The position numbers and the translations under genes are program-made. A DNA stretch of 64,000 nt from Octopus vulgaris (taxonomy: Eukaryota): assembly GCA_951406725.2 (NCBI GenBank), contig OX597825.1, positions 13,640,001 to 13,704,000 of the forward strand, given 5' to 3'. Under the pieces are notes generated by a model. It had not been told where the DNA came from, did no database searches, and saw only the letters and a list, made by a program, of their open reading frames with translations. Shown in pieces: positions 11,383 to 24,601 of the stretch. Numbering within the stretch: the first letter of the stretch is position 1; each line of letters begins with the position of its first letter.

Positions 11383-12258
11383 AAAGGTGGAGAACTGGTA
11401 GAAATGTTAGTATGCCAGGCAAAATGCTTAGCGGTATTTCATCTGCCGCTATGTTCTGAGTTCGAATTCCGCTGAGGTTGACTTTAACTTTCATCCTTTC
11501 GAGGGGGTCGATAAATTAAGTACCAGTTATGCACTGGGGTCGATGTAACCGATTTAATCCCTTTGTCTTTGTATGTCCCCTCTAAGTTTAGCCCCTTGAG
11601 GGCAATAAAGAAATAAAAAACGTTAGCACGCTGAGCAAAACACTTAGTGGTATTTCGTCATATTTACGTTTCGAATTCAAATTCTACTGAGGTCAACTTT
11701 GTCTTTCATTCTTTTGGGCTAAATAAATCAAGTACCAGTTATGCACTGGGGTCGATGTAACCGGCTTAATCCCATTGTCTATCCTTGCTTGTCCCCTCTG
11801 TGTTTAGCCTCTTGTGGGCAATAAAGAAATAAGGAATGTTAGCATGCCAGGCAAAATGCTTAGTGGTATTTCATCTGTCTTTATGTTCTGAGTTCAGATT
11901 CTGCAAGATCGGCTTTGCCTTTCCCCCTTTCAGGGTTGATAAATTGAGTACCAGTTGCATACTGGGGTTGATCTAATTGACTGGCCGCCTCTACAAAAAT
12001 TTTGGGCCTTGTGCTTAGAGTAGAAAAGAATATACAAATGTATAAGCTGGCAATGTGGCAGAAATGTTAGCACACTGGGCGAAATGCTTAGTGGTATTTC
12101 ATGTCTTTACATTCTGAGTTCAAATTCCGCCGTGGTCGACTTTGCCTTTCATTCTTTCAGGGTCGATAAATTAAGTACCAGTTGCATACTGAGGTTAATC
12201 TAATCGGCTGGCGCCCTCCATAAGAATTTTGGTCCTCATGCCTAGAGTAGAAAAGAAA
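11383..12258 (+). mobile_element. Tandem array of four family C SINE units
   Basis: Repeating GTTAGCA..AAATGCTTAG..GAGTTCAAATTC..AGTACCAGTT units of about 220 bp. Confidence 0.85.
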
Positions 12259-12384
12259 TTCTTGAAATGAATGGCATACGGTTTGGAAAGCAAACTCTGT
12301 TGAATTTTAAGATAGATTTTATCCTCTGCTTTTGTGTATATACATTGAAAAAACAAGAGTGTGTATAATTTCTGACTCTCCTTC

Positions 12385-12901
12385 ATATATATATGTATGT
12401 TTGTTTCTGTCCCCCCAACCACTACTTGACAGCCAGTGTTGGTTTGTTTACATCCACCATAAGATAGTGGGTTCAGCAAAAGGGAGTAGTAGTGTAAGTT
12501 CCATACTTAACAAAAAACAAACAAAAAAAACTCCTGGGCTTTTAGTCGATCGGCTACACTCTTCAAGGTGTGCTCCAGCATGGCCTTATTCCAATGCCTG
12601 AAACAAGCGAAAGACAGGCTGTAATTCACTCATTCATTGTATATATGTATATGTTTGTCTCTGTCCCCCACCCACTACTCGACAGCCAGTGTCTGTTTGT
12701 TTACATCCACCATAAGATAGTGGGTTCAGCAAAAGAGAGCAGTAGAGTAAGTTCCATATTTAACAAAAAAAAAATTAAAAAAAAAAACAAAAAAAACTCC
12801 TGGGCTTTAAGTCAATTGGCTACACTCTTCAATGTGTGCTCCAGCATGACCTGATTCCAATGCCTGGAACAAGTGAAAGACAGGCTTTAATTCACTCATT
12901 C
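12385..12901 (+). repeat. About 260-bp tandem duplication of a diverged family A 3' half
   Basis: Two units both ending GAAAGACAGGCT.TAATTCACTCATTCA; repeated at 25285-25801. Confidence 0.85.
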
Positions 12902-13627
12902 AATATTACTTCCTTTATAAACAATAGTCTTTGAAAAACTATTATGTATATGTTTTAAAAATCAGTCTCTGTATACTTTTGTCCTTTTGTCTTTTCATAT
13001 TTTTTTCAACTGCTTTTCTCATAATGTTGTTTAGTATTTTCTCTCTATTGATCCTTCGTTAGATCATAAAGAAGTTTTTCCATAACATTCATTATGTGCA
13101 TTTGATGTGTTTTAACTTGAATGCAGCAACTATTTCCTGAAAATACAAGCTGTATATAATAGCAGTCGGTATGTCATAAGGTACAGCAGCTGTGATAATT
13201 AAAACGAAAAAATTAAAAGAATATTAAGATGTAATTTCAACTATATTAGAGAGTAGAATTAATACGATTAAGTAGAAGCAGTCTTGTATGTGAAATAATC
13301 AAATTACATCTGAAGTTGCGGATTTTGTAGTCATCATAGGCGCAGAAGTGGCTGTGTGGTAAGTAGCTTGCTAACCAACCATATGGTTCTGGGTTCAGTA
13401 CCACTGCGTGGCATCTTGGGCAAGTGTCTTCTGCTATAGCCCCGGGCCGACCAATGCCTTGTGAGTGGATTTGGCAGACGGAAACTGAAAGAAGCCTGTC
13501 GTATATATGTATATATATGTATGTGTGTGTGTGTGTGTATGTTTGTATGTATGTTTTTGTCCCCCTATATGTCTGATGATGGTGGTGGTGGTGGTGGTGA
13601 TAATGATGATGATGTTAATGGTGATGT

Positions 13628-13662
<35 letters not shown>

Positions 13663-13734
13663 GTGATGATGATACTGATGGACTTCAAATTCTCTTTCAA
13701 ATGTTTTACTTTTCATCATCATCATCAACATCAT

Positions 13735-13930
13735 CATCGTTTAACGTCCGTTTTCCGTGCTAGCATGGGTTGGATGGTTCGACCGGGGTCTGGGAAGCCA
13801 GGAGGCTGCATCAGGCTCCAGTCTGATCTGGCAGTATTTCTACAGCTGGATGCCCTTTCTAACGCCAACCACTCCGTGAGTGTAGTGGGTACTTTTTAAT
13901 TGCCACCGGCACAGGTGCCAGGGGAGGCTG
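13735..13930 (-). mobile_element. Family B
   Basis: (CAT)n-CGTTTAACGTCCG..CTACAGCTGGATGCCC. Confidence 0.85.
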
Positions 13931-14371
13931 GATAAATACACATATACACACTTGCGGTTATAAATAAATCTTTGATTGGTTTGAGTTAATAAGGAAGCCT
14001 GGCTGTGTGGTTAAGAAGCTTGCTTGCTTACTAATCGTGTGATCTCAGGTTCAGTCCTACCATGTGACATCTTGAGCATGTGGCTTTTGCTATAACCCCA
14101 AAACTGACCAAAGCCTTGTGAGTGGATTTCGTAGATGGAGACTGAAAGAAGCCCATCATGCGTGTGTGTGTGTGTGTACATGTGCAAAATGCACCTTTCA
14201 AGCATTGGGCCTTACAAAGGCTAAGTGGCCAATGCCAGTGTCGCATAACAAGCACCTGTACCAGTGTTGGGTAACTGGTACCTGTGCTGGTGGCACGTAG
14301 AAAGCACCCTAGAGTGCTGGGCCTCATGGAGGCAATGACAAATGACCAAGACCTTTGGCAATATGCTTTGC

Positions 14372-14607
14372 TTATTTCTTTATTGCCCACAAAGGGCTAA
14401 ACATAGAGGGGACAAACAAGGACAGACAAAGGGATTAAGTCGATTACATCGATCCCCAGTGTGTAACTGGTACTTAATTTATCGACCCTGAAAAGATGAA
14501 AGGCAAAGTCAACCTCAGCGGAATTTGAACTCAGAATGTAACGGCAGACAAAATACTGCTAAGCATTTTGTCCGGTGTGCTAATGATTCTGCCATCTCGC
14601 TGCCTTC
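14372..14607 (-). mobile_element. SINE family C nested in another repeat
   Basis: Full reverse-complement copy. Confidence 0.85.
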
Positions 14608-14799
14608 TTGAGAAGAAGACCCATCAAGCCAAGTGTAATCATAGTCCTGGCAGATACTGGTGTCGAAGAGGTTGGCATTAGGAAGGGCATCCAGCTGTAG
14701 AAATCATGCCAAATCAGAGTGGAGTCTGGTGCAACCTCTCTGCTTACTAGCTCTAGTCAAAGCATCCAACCCATGCCAGCATGGACAATGGATATTATG

Positions 14800-14830
<31 letters not shown>

Positions 14831-14837
14831 ACATATA

Positions 14838-14928
<91 letters not shown>

Positions 14929-15934
14929 ATATGTGTATCCTTGTCATGACATCATGTGCTGCTTGTAAATGAACCTCACCATCATACAAGCGAGGTTTTT
15001 TCATATCCAGTTTCCATGAAAAAGATGTCTGGCCATTGGGAAATATCTTCCTTTGCCTTTCCATTGGACAACATCGGTGGCATGGAGAGGAGAGTCGAAT
15101 ATGCAAGGACGACTGCTGGTCTTCCATAAACAACCTTGCATGGACTTGTGCCTCGGGGCAGGGGTAAATTTCTAGGAACTATCCCATGGTCAGTCATGAC
15201 GAAAGGGGTCCTTTACTCTTTACCCTTTACTATAGAACTCTGACATTACTTGCTTCACAGTCTCTGAGGCTAAAGGGTTCTTTGATACATATCATCTCTT
15301 ACAAAAACAGTGGAACTGCCAGAGGGGAAGATACGTGTTCCAAACAAGCATAAAATGCATCCGAACAGTAATGTTCACATTTGAAGGTTTCCTCAGTGTA
15401 CGAGATAATATGGAAGATTTTTTTTGATATATGCTTTAATAACCGTTTATCAGCTTCCAGCTGGATTTTTCCCTGTGTTGCATATGAAATGATGCATCAG
15501 CACAAAACTGAGTAGATAACCGCATCATCGGATGATGTCGGTATTTGAGTAGTTCCTCACATCATCTGATTTAAGTCTTTTTAATTTAGAATTCTCATCG
15601 CTTATTTTCCTTTCTTTATTGGAGAACCTTGATCTACAGAAATTTATTCATGGATTGATTATCATTCATTCTAAACACTTAAATGTTCCATTCTTGTCTG
15701 TTATAACATATAAATTTCTTTTTCTGTGCTGGATTCACAACACTTCTCCAGATAATTCGCATCCAAAGAATACAAATATCAACCTCAAACATCACAAGTT
15801 TATCAGTTAAATTCCTATTTGCTTCATACTTGAAAAATAAAGCATTATCATAAATGCTTACTTTTTCTCTCAACTCAGCACTAATTCATCATCATCATTA
15901 TCATCATCATTATCATCATCATCATCATCATCAT

Positions 15935-16338
15935 CATTTAATGTCCGCTTCCCATGCTAGCATGAGTTGGACAATTTGACTGAGGTCTGGCGAACCAGAC
16001 GTATGCACCAGGCTCCAGTCTGATCTGGAGTTTCTACAGCTGGATGCCCTTCCTAATGCCAACCACTCCGAGAGTGTAGTGGCTGCTTTTACGTGCCACC
16101 GGCATGAGGGCCAGTCAGGCGGAACTGGCAATGGCCACGCTCAAATGGTGCTTTTTACATGCCACCTGCACAGGAGTCAGTCCAGCAACACTTGCAACGA
16201 CCCCACTCAAGTGTTTTGTTCACGTGCCTCCAGCACAATTGCCAGTAAGGCGACACCTGGTAACAATCACGCTCAAATGGTGCTTTTTATGTGCCACTGG
16301 CATAGAAGCCAGACAGCTGCTCTGGCAGTGATCCCGCT
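15935..16338 (-). mobile_element. Family B long form with internal GGTGCTTTTTAYGTGCCAC sub-repeats
   Basis: Same layout as 10635-11012, 20050-20350 (+), 40895-41230 and 59690-60000. Confidence 0.85.
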
Positions 16339-16431
16339 AATAATAATTGTATAATAATTATACAATAATTATATAATAATGGTTTCAAATTTTGGTAAAG
16401 GCAAGTAAATTTTAGGAGGAAAGAGTTAGTC

Positions 16432-16718
16432 CAGTGGTTCCCAAAATGGACAGTACTGCCCCCTTGGGGGCAGTGGAAAGATCCAGGTGGTCATCAAAGA
16501 AAAGTGGGATGATAACGGGATGGTCAAAATGGGGTCATAGATGTAAAAAAAATATATTTAAATAAATTAATTAGGTTTATGTTTTATTTGTGAAATGCTG
16601 TTGCTTTGAAACTGCTGCAGAAAGTGGTCTATATTTGTGGTGGGGAGGGTGAGGGGGCGCTAGGAATGTGGCCTGAGTGCCAAGGGGGCAGCAGCATGAA
16701 AATGTTTGGGAACTTATG
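16432..16718. mobile_element. hAT-superfamily MITE with an 8-bp target-site duplication (second copy 29365-29651)
   Basis: Ends CAGTGGTTCCCAAA ... TTTGGGAACTTATG. Flanks AGTTAGTC / AGTTTGTC match 7 of 8. Confidence 0.8.
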
Positions 16719-17000
16719 AGTTTGTCAATTACACCAAATCCATTGTTGGATTGGTAGTTATTTTTATCAACCCTGAAAGGGTGAAAGGTTAAGTCAGTGT
16801 TGGAAGAATTTGGAAGAAATGCTGCAAAGAATTTTGTCCAGTGTGCCACTTTAATAATAATTATAATGGTTTCAAATTTTGGCACAGGGCCAAACAGTTT
16901 TTGAGGGGAGGGAAAAGTTGAATACATCAAACCCAAATATTTAACTGGTATTCGTTTTACTGACCCTGAAATGATAAAAGACAGATTTAAGCTCAGATTT

Positions 17001-17395
17001 AGGCGCAGGAGTGGCTGTATGGTAAGTAGCTTGCTAACCAACCACATGGTACCGGGTTCAGTCCCACTGCGTGGCATCTTGGGCAAGTGTCTTCTGCTAT
17101 AGCCCCAGGCCGACCAATGCCTTGTGAGTGGATTTGGTAGGCAGAAACTGAAAGAAGCCTGTCGTATATATAGATATGTGTGCGTGTATGTTTGTGTGTC
17201 TGTGTTTGTCCCCCTAGCATTGCTTGACAACCGATTCTGGTGTGTTTATGTCCCCGTCACTTAGTGGTTTGGCAAAAAGAGACCGATAGAATAAGTACTG
17301 GGCTTACAAAGAATAAGTCCCGGGGTCGATTTGCTCGACTAAAGGCGGTGCTCCAGCATGGCCGCAGTCAAATGACTGAAACAAGTAAAAGAGTG
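17001..17395 (+). mobile_element. SINE family A, near-consensus full length (second copy about 29934-30328)
   Basis: AGGCGCAGGAGTGGCTGTATGG...GACTGAAACAAGTAAAAGAGT. Confidence 0.9.
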
Positions 17396-18526
17396 GGATT
17401 TGAACTCAGGACAAAGATAATTGTAACACCACTAAGAATTTTTGTCTGGTATGCTAACACTTCTGCCAGCTACCATCTTCATAATTAACAATAATCAGAA
17501 TGTGTCTTGTAAAAATCATGGTGAAATATTTACATATGAATCCATAATATTATTCTAAGTAAAGAATTCTTCTGAAATATATTTCAATTAATGAACATCT
17601 TAGACAGTTAATCAATAATCTTGTAACTAGTTCAGACTCTGTGAGATATTCACTTGAGATATCATTTGTTACTATTAGATCAACACTGGTAAAGAAGTTT
17701 AATCTTGACGATAGCTAAATTAACCAGAAATTGTAAGTAAAAAATACAACGAAACAAAACAAACAAAAAATAAATAAGAGTAAAATAACAAGAAGTGTGA
17801 TAGAAAAAAATTAAGAATCATTGAGTAATTATATACAAAATGAAGATGAAGAAAGAAAAGAAAGAAATAAATAAACGAGAAATTTGAATAATTTTCTGTT
17901 GCTTTAATTGTAATTAAAAAAAAAAAAATCACTTTAGAAAACAGATCCATTTCCTTTAAAATGTCAGAAAATATGGTATCATTATGGAAATGTAATTTAA
18001 TTTCAGACTTCGTCATATTTTCTCAAGTGCAAACTGATATTTCCTACATATGTGCAAAGAGTTGTTGTAGAGCAGGTGGTGTTCAGCATCAGATGAAGCT
18101 GGAGATATACATTTCCCAAAGTTCTGTCAGTACGTACCAATAATCAGCTCTGCTTATACCGGAACTTGGAGCTTCCTATCTGCTCTTGTAGTTACTCTGC
18201 CAGAATCTTATTCCCATCAATAATGAAAGTCTTAGGATAATGCTAGATGAAAATATCCACTCACTGAGAAACGTTTGATACACAAAGATATCTTTATGTT
18301 CATGATGATCAGACTGTTTGATATTTTGAACCACGAATCAAACGTTCGAGACGTGACCACCACTACTAATTAATGATATTTATCCACACTCGTCTATTTG
18401 TTTCAGGTGATTTTGCTGAATAATTAGTACCGTGTTCTTGCATTTTCTTTTTTTTTGTTGTTTTGCTTTCTGGTTGAATACTTTGCCTTTGGATGAAAAA
18501 ATATGATTTATAAAACATCTTGGTTG

Positions 18527-18559
<33 letters not shown>

Positions 18560-18599
18560 TGGAAAGTAAAACATTTCAAAGTGGGTTTCAAGTCCATCA

Positions 18600-19060
18600 G
18601 TATCACCATCATCATCATCATCATCATCATCATCACCATCACCATTAACATCAACATCATCATTACCACCACCACCACCACCAACATCATCATCATCATC
18701 ACAACGACGACCACCACCCTCACCTCCATCACCACCGCCACCACCACCGCCACCACCACCACCGTCATCGTCATCATCACCACAACCACCACCACGACCA
18801 CCAACTCCACCACCACCGTCATCATCATCACCACCACCACCACCACCACCACCATCATCCTCATCATCAGACAAATATGCACATAAACATACACACACAT
18901 ATGCACACACACATAAACACACATATATATGCATAAACACACACACATACACACACATACACACACATATACACGCACGTACATGTGCATACATGCATAC
19001 ACACACATACAGACACCTACGCACACAATCACACACCTACACAGACCTACACACACACAC
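18600..19060. repeat. (CAT)/(CAC) then (CA)n compound microsatellite
   Basis: Read directly. Confidence 0.9.
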
Positions 19061-19377
19061 ATATTGTTGCTTCAACTCCCCATCACGTCTCTTTGCTCCT
19101 TCCTCTCTTTTATTACCTCTGCCTGCCACCCCTTTGCTTCGTTAATATCATCGGATTCTATTAATTAGATTTCATTTCTTTGATTGCTGCTGTAGCCTAA
19201 AAACTTTATTCTAATATTGGTCGAGAGCATTATTAGAATTTGATGCTGATTTCCATCCTACGCCAGCAGACACAGAGTTACATAGGTTAACATATGCATG
19301 CATCAGGCACGTGCTATCAGTAATTACTCAGGGTAGGCACTTGGTGACGTTTATGTAGTAAAACGCATGAAGAAATA

Positions 19378-19968
19378 AGCGTAGGAGTGGCTGTGTGGTA
19401 AGTAGCTTGCTTACGGTTCAGTCCCACTGAATGGCACCTTGGGCAAGTGTCTTCTACTAAAGTCTCGGGCCGACCAGCACCTTGGTGTGGATTTTAAAGA
19501 TGGAAACTGGAAGAAGCCTGTTGTATATGTATATATATATGTATTCTACTATAGCCTCAGGCCGACCAAAGTCTTGTGAGTGGATTTGGTAGATGGAAAC
19601 TGGAAGAAGCCTGTTATATATATGTATATATATATGTCATCTACCATAGCCTTAGGCCGACCAAAGCCTTGTGAGTGGATTTGGTAGACAGAAACTGGAA
19701 GCCTGTCGTATATATGTATATATATGTGTATATATATATGTATGTGTGTATATGTTGTATGTCTGTTTGTCCCCCCAACATGGCTTGACAACTGATGCTG
19801 GTGTGTCTATGTCCCTGTAACTTAGCGGTTCGGCAAAAGAGACTGATAGAATAAGTACTAGGCTTGCAAAGAATAAGTCCTTGGGTCAATTTACTCGACT
19901 AAAAAAAGCGGTGCTCCAGCATGGCCACAGTCAAATGACTGAAACAAGTAAAAGAATAAAAGAGAGTA
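19378..19968 (+). mobile_element. SINE family A with an internally triplicated middle segment
   Basis: CTACTA..GGCCGACCA..GTGGATTT..GAAACTGGAAG occurs three times. Confidence 0.85.
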
Positions 19969-20049
19969 AAATAGTAACACAGGTGAGTGTCTGAATTGTA
20001 GGCAGAATTACTTCTGCCTTTAATGTGTGCGTAAAGAAAATGTTGTCTT

Positions 20050-20317
20050 TGTCAGTGTCACCTGAGTGGCTCCCATGCAAGTGGCACATAGAAAGCACCA
20101 TTTGAGCATGGTCGATGCCAGTACTTCCTGATTGGCCCTTGTGCCGGTGGCATGTAAAAGCACCCACTACACTATCGGGGTGGTTGGCAATAGGAAGAGC
20201 ATCCAACTGTAGAAACTCTGCCAGGTCAGATGGGAGCCTGATGCAGCCTTCTGGCTCGCCAGCCCTGTGTCAAACTGTTCAACCCATGCCAGCATGGAAA
20301 GCGGACGTTAAACGGCA

Positions 20318-20349
<32 letters not shown>

Positions 20350-20350
20350 A
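20050..20350 (+). mobile_element. Family B with (GAT)n tail
   Basis: GGTTGGCAATAGGAAGAGCATCCA..GGACGTTAAACG(GAT)n. Confidence 0.85.
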
Positions 20351-20484
20351 GAAACTTAAATATGTATTTATTTAACCTAATATTAATATTTTAGTGCAGA
20401 AGTCATCATGAAAGTGGTCACTGTGTTGGCAGTAGCAACTGTAAAGATGATAATGGGAGAGAGATAGACAGGCAGATAGAGGGC

Positions 20485-20529
<45 letters not shown>

Positions 20530-21049
20530 AGAGAGAGAGAAAGAGAAAGAGAAAGAGAGACAGAGAGAGAGAGACATACACAGAGGGAGAGAGAGATTTA
20601 AATCTGACTTGAGTTATACTACATATTTAAAAAAAGTTGGTAGCATTTACAGACAGTAGAAAATAAGAACACAGATGTATAATAATCACACATATATACA
20701 CACATACACTAACATGTGCATGTGTGTATATATGTGTGTATGTCTATGTCCGATATACCAAAGACTGTAATTGTTTTTGAGGTGATGATGTTTATAGCAC
20801 AAGTTAATGGATGTGGCAGTGATGACTGCATGCAATTAGCAATAACGAGTTGTTGGTAAAATATTTATTTTCGTGGACTAAAATTTTAAGAAAACAAATA
20901 CTAAACGATATAATGCAAACACCTTAGTTTAAGTAATTGTTGTCTGTTAAACGCTATCTTTGAAGAATTTGAGTCTCAGCTCTTAATAAGCCACTGAGAT
21001 GTCATCAGAATGAAATGAAATTGAAGACATCATATAGATTATAGATACA

Positions 21050-21858
21050 GTTGTGCAGTTTTGGGTTCAGTTTCCACCTTGTGGCACCTTGAGCAAGTAT
21101 CTATCACTAAAGCCCCAGGGCTGACCAAAGCCTTGAGGGTGGATTTGGTAGAGAGAAACTGAAAGAAGGCCATCGTATACATAGATGTAAATACTTTTCT
21201 AATTTAGGCACAGGGCCCAAAGTTTTTGGGGAAAGGGGCCAGTCGATCAGATCAACCCCAATACACAACTGGTACTTAATTTTTTTATCCCGTATAAACA
21301 CATATATAAAGTTGACCTTGGCGGAATTTGAACTCAGAACATAAAGACAGACGAAATACTGCTAAGCATTTCACCTGGCTTGCTAATGATTCTGCCAGCT
21401 TGCCACCTTAATATAGATGTATATATCTCTGTCTGTATGTCTTTGTGTCTGTGTTCCCCCACTCCCCTGCTATCACTGCTTGACAACTGGTGCTGGTGTG
21501 TTTACAGCCCTGTAACTTAGCAGTTTGGCCAAAACTACTGATAGAATAAGTATGAGACTTAAAAAGAAGCAAGTTCTGGGGGTTGATTCATTTCACTAAA
21601 ATCCTTCAAGGCAGTGCTCCAGCATGGCCACAGTCAAATGACTGAAACAAATAAAAGAATAAAAGAATAAAAGAATGCATATGTAGGGGCAAGAGTGGCT
21701 GTGTGATAAGAAGCTTGCTTACGAACCACGTGGTTCTGGGTTCAGTCCCACTGCGTGGCACCTTGGGCAAGTGTCTTCTACTATAGCCTGGGCTGACCAA
21801 AGCCTTGTGAGTGGATCTGGTAGATGGAAACTGAAAGAAGCCCATCATATATGTGTAA

Positions 21859-21893
<35 letters not shown>

Positions 21894-22098
21894 TATGTTT
21901 GTGTGTCTGTATTTGTCCCCCCAACATCGCTTGACAACTGATGCTGGTGTGTTTACGTCCCTATAACTTAGTAGTTTGACAAAAGAGACTGATAGAATAA
22001 GTACTAGGCTTACAAAGAATAAGTCCTGGGGTCGATTTGCTCGACTGAAGGCTGTGCTCCAGCGTGGCCACAGACAAATGACTGAAACAAGTAAAAGA
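21050..22098 (+). mobile_element. Family A split by a - strand family C (about 21190-21410), followed by a second full family A (21685-22098)
   Basis: Collinear halves around the insert. Confidence 0.8.
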
Positions 22099-22144
22099 AT
22101 ATTTATCTACCTTTATATATATGTATATAAATATATAGACACAT

Positions 22145-22195
<51 letters not shown>

Positions 22196-23009
22196 TACAC
22201 ACACATGCATATATATGGGAGAGTGATTGTGTTTACAAAAAAAGGTGCTGCTTAATGTGTTTTGCATTCTCATTTTATATTTAAAGGTTAATATGCATTT
22301 GAACATAAAACTCAAAGTTGTTCAGTTATAATGACAAAAACCAACATGAGAAATATGCATGCATATGCCTGTGTGTGAGTATATGTTAATGTGCACGTGT
22401 GTTTGTGTTTTCATAACTAACGACTTTCATAATAATGTTTTGGTTTAAGTGCCACATCGCATTTGGTTAAATATTCTGAAGAAACAAAACTCTTCATAAA
22501 AAGTCGTTAAAGAGGATGACCTTCTCATACAGATGATAGAATTACAACCATCAAAGGACCGTTAGAACAGCTATAAAAACGAAATTAAAACTCATATGGG
22601 CAAACAAGCGCTGCATCAATTTCTCTTGAAGTAGGGATTCTACCACAAACTTTTACTAGGCCTTTGCATAACGTTGGTTAAAATCTTAAAAAAACATGAT
22701 AACCAAAAATGAAATGAAGCTGAACTGCCCGGTGTAGTTCATAATTTAGGATGTGCTGCAGATTGCTGGTTATGTGACAATGGATAGTTAAATATTAAAT
22801 AAATTTTTATAACAAAGTCTGTTGTTATTGCTTCCATTTTATGGAAATGGTTTCATATGAGTGTTTATTTTAATGCATTTTATGAGTGGAATTAATGAAA
22901 GTTTAAACATTTTTCCTAATGGGAATATTGTACATGCATATATTGCATATATTATATATACTGTATACATATATCTATACTGTGTAATATGTATAGGATT
23001 ATAATTGTG

Positions 23010-23054
<45 letters not shown>

Positions 23055-23194
23055 ATTATGTGTATAAATTGTGTGTGTGTGTGTGTATCTGGAAAGCACA
23101 GCGGTTTGAAAATCAAGTTGCAACATAGCCTCTCAGCTTCAGTTATAATAAAAAATTGTAGATGCATACATACATGTATACATACATACATAAA

Positions 23195-23239
<45 letters not shown>

Positions 23240-23386
23240 GGATAAATCAATACACACATACAAGCATATATATGTGTGTATATATATTTGTATATATACA
23301 TACATATACATATATATGCATATACTATAATACACACATACACCCATTCACACATATACACACCCTCAGACAAATATGCACACACA

Positions 23387-23422
<36 letters not shown>

Positions 23423-24501
23423 GAGTGTATTTGCTGTTACTGGAACCTCTTCGGTCCCCATTAGTGGCGTCATGTGTGCAGATACATGCAAAATCTGGGC
23501 ATGACTGGAGCAGTTTCCATGCTTATTCTTTCCTCCTCGCTACAAATTAATTGGGAAAGAATTCAAAAATGAATTTTAGCTACTCTAACCCCACCCCCGC
23601 CTCTGCCACTCTCTTTGCAAGTTGTCTTTAAAAGACTACAGCCTTGTCTTTTGTACCGATACCAATTAATTATATAAACAAATAATGCTTTATCATACAA
23701 ACACAGCAATATATCTGCAAATACATGTTTGTATACCAAAGAAAAAATTTGTAATTTGTCCATGCCATTCCTGCATTCTGTGTGTATATATATATATACA
23801 TCCTCTTATACACATATAAATAAAGAAAAATAGATACAAGCACTCACCGGTTTATTTTCAGTTGTATATACACATACATACATATATACATGCATACCCG
23901 CATGATTATACAGAAGTGCACATATGCGCAGACACGCAAGCACGCTCAGACACAGATGCACATACAGATGGATTTAGAGAAATAAGAAAATTTCCTGTAA
24001 CTCTTAGATCAAACGTTAATTTTTAATTGATTTCAAATACAGCGCAAAAATAAATATAAATATAACGATACAAAATGAAAATTGCAAATCATTGCATAAA
24101 ATGATGCACATGGACAAAGAAACGGAGCCAATTGTTCGCAGCATTGATTTTATCCAATCAAAGTTAACGGTAATTAAGTTTGATGAAATATTATCATAAC
24201 AAATCATTGTGTCTCTGTTAACCAGTTCTCAAAAGACAAATGTCAGATGTTGCTCCAAGAGAAAAATCTCGTTGCTTTTCAAATTTTTTTTTTTGCCTTT
24301 TTTTTTTTTAATCTTATCAATTTTTGTCTTTCTCTCTCAGTTGGTATTTTTTTTTTCCGAAATTAAAAACCTTTTTTTCTCTCTTTAAAAATAATTCCTT
24401 TTATCCTTTATATTTTTTACAATTTATGAATATTTTTTTTTTTTTTCGTTTTTTACAAAAATTTGTGTGATGTACTTTATTTTAATCAAGTCTCTCTGTC
24501 T

Positions 24502-24601
24502 NNNNNNNNNNNNNNNNNNNNNNNNNNNNNNNNNNNNNNNNNNNNNNNNNNNNNNNNNNNNNNNNNNNNNNNNNNNNNNNNNNNNNNNNNNNNNNNNNNN
24601 N
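24502..24601. other. Assembly gap (100 N)
   Basis: Run of N of fixed placeholder size. Confidence 0.99.

Larger units (their letters stand above)
11702..24501 (+). repeat. Copy 1 of a 12.8-kb tandem segmental duplication (probably allelic/false duplication)
   Basis: Near-identical to 24602-37348; matching ORF-track entries at offsets of about 12.8-13.0 kb. Confidence 0.95.

Noticed and set aside
15470-15873. Short ORFs in unique sequence (both strands)
   Set aside because: Frequent stops, no recognisable motif, lengths expected by chance.
17001-17075. tRNA genes at SINE heads (also 56111, 58157, 7052)
   Set aside because: A/B-box-like motifs are present, but there is no complete cloverleaf or terminator and they continue into SINE bodies.
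16577-17488. 217-aa and 82-aa ORFs that recur at 29510-30421 and resemble other ORFs
   Set aside because: Read-through of SINE family A/C and the hAT MITE; recurrence is due to the duplication and repeat homology.
17961-18143. 60-aa ORF / possible exon after TTTAATTTCAG (18006) with a GTACGT donor near 18130
   Set aside because: No recognisable protein similarity; cannot be supported without transcript data.
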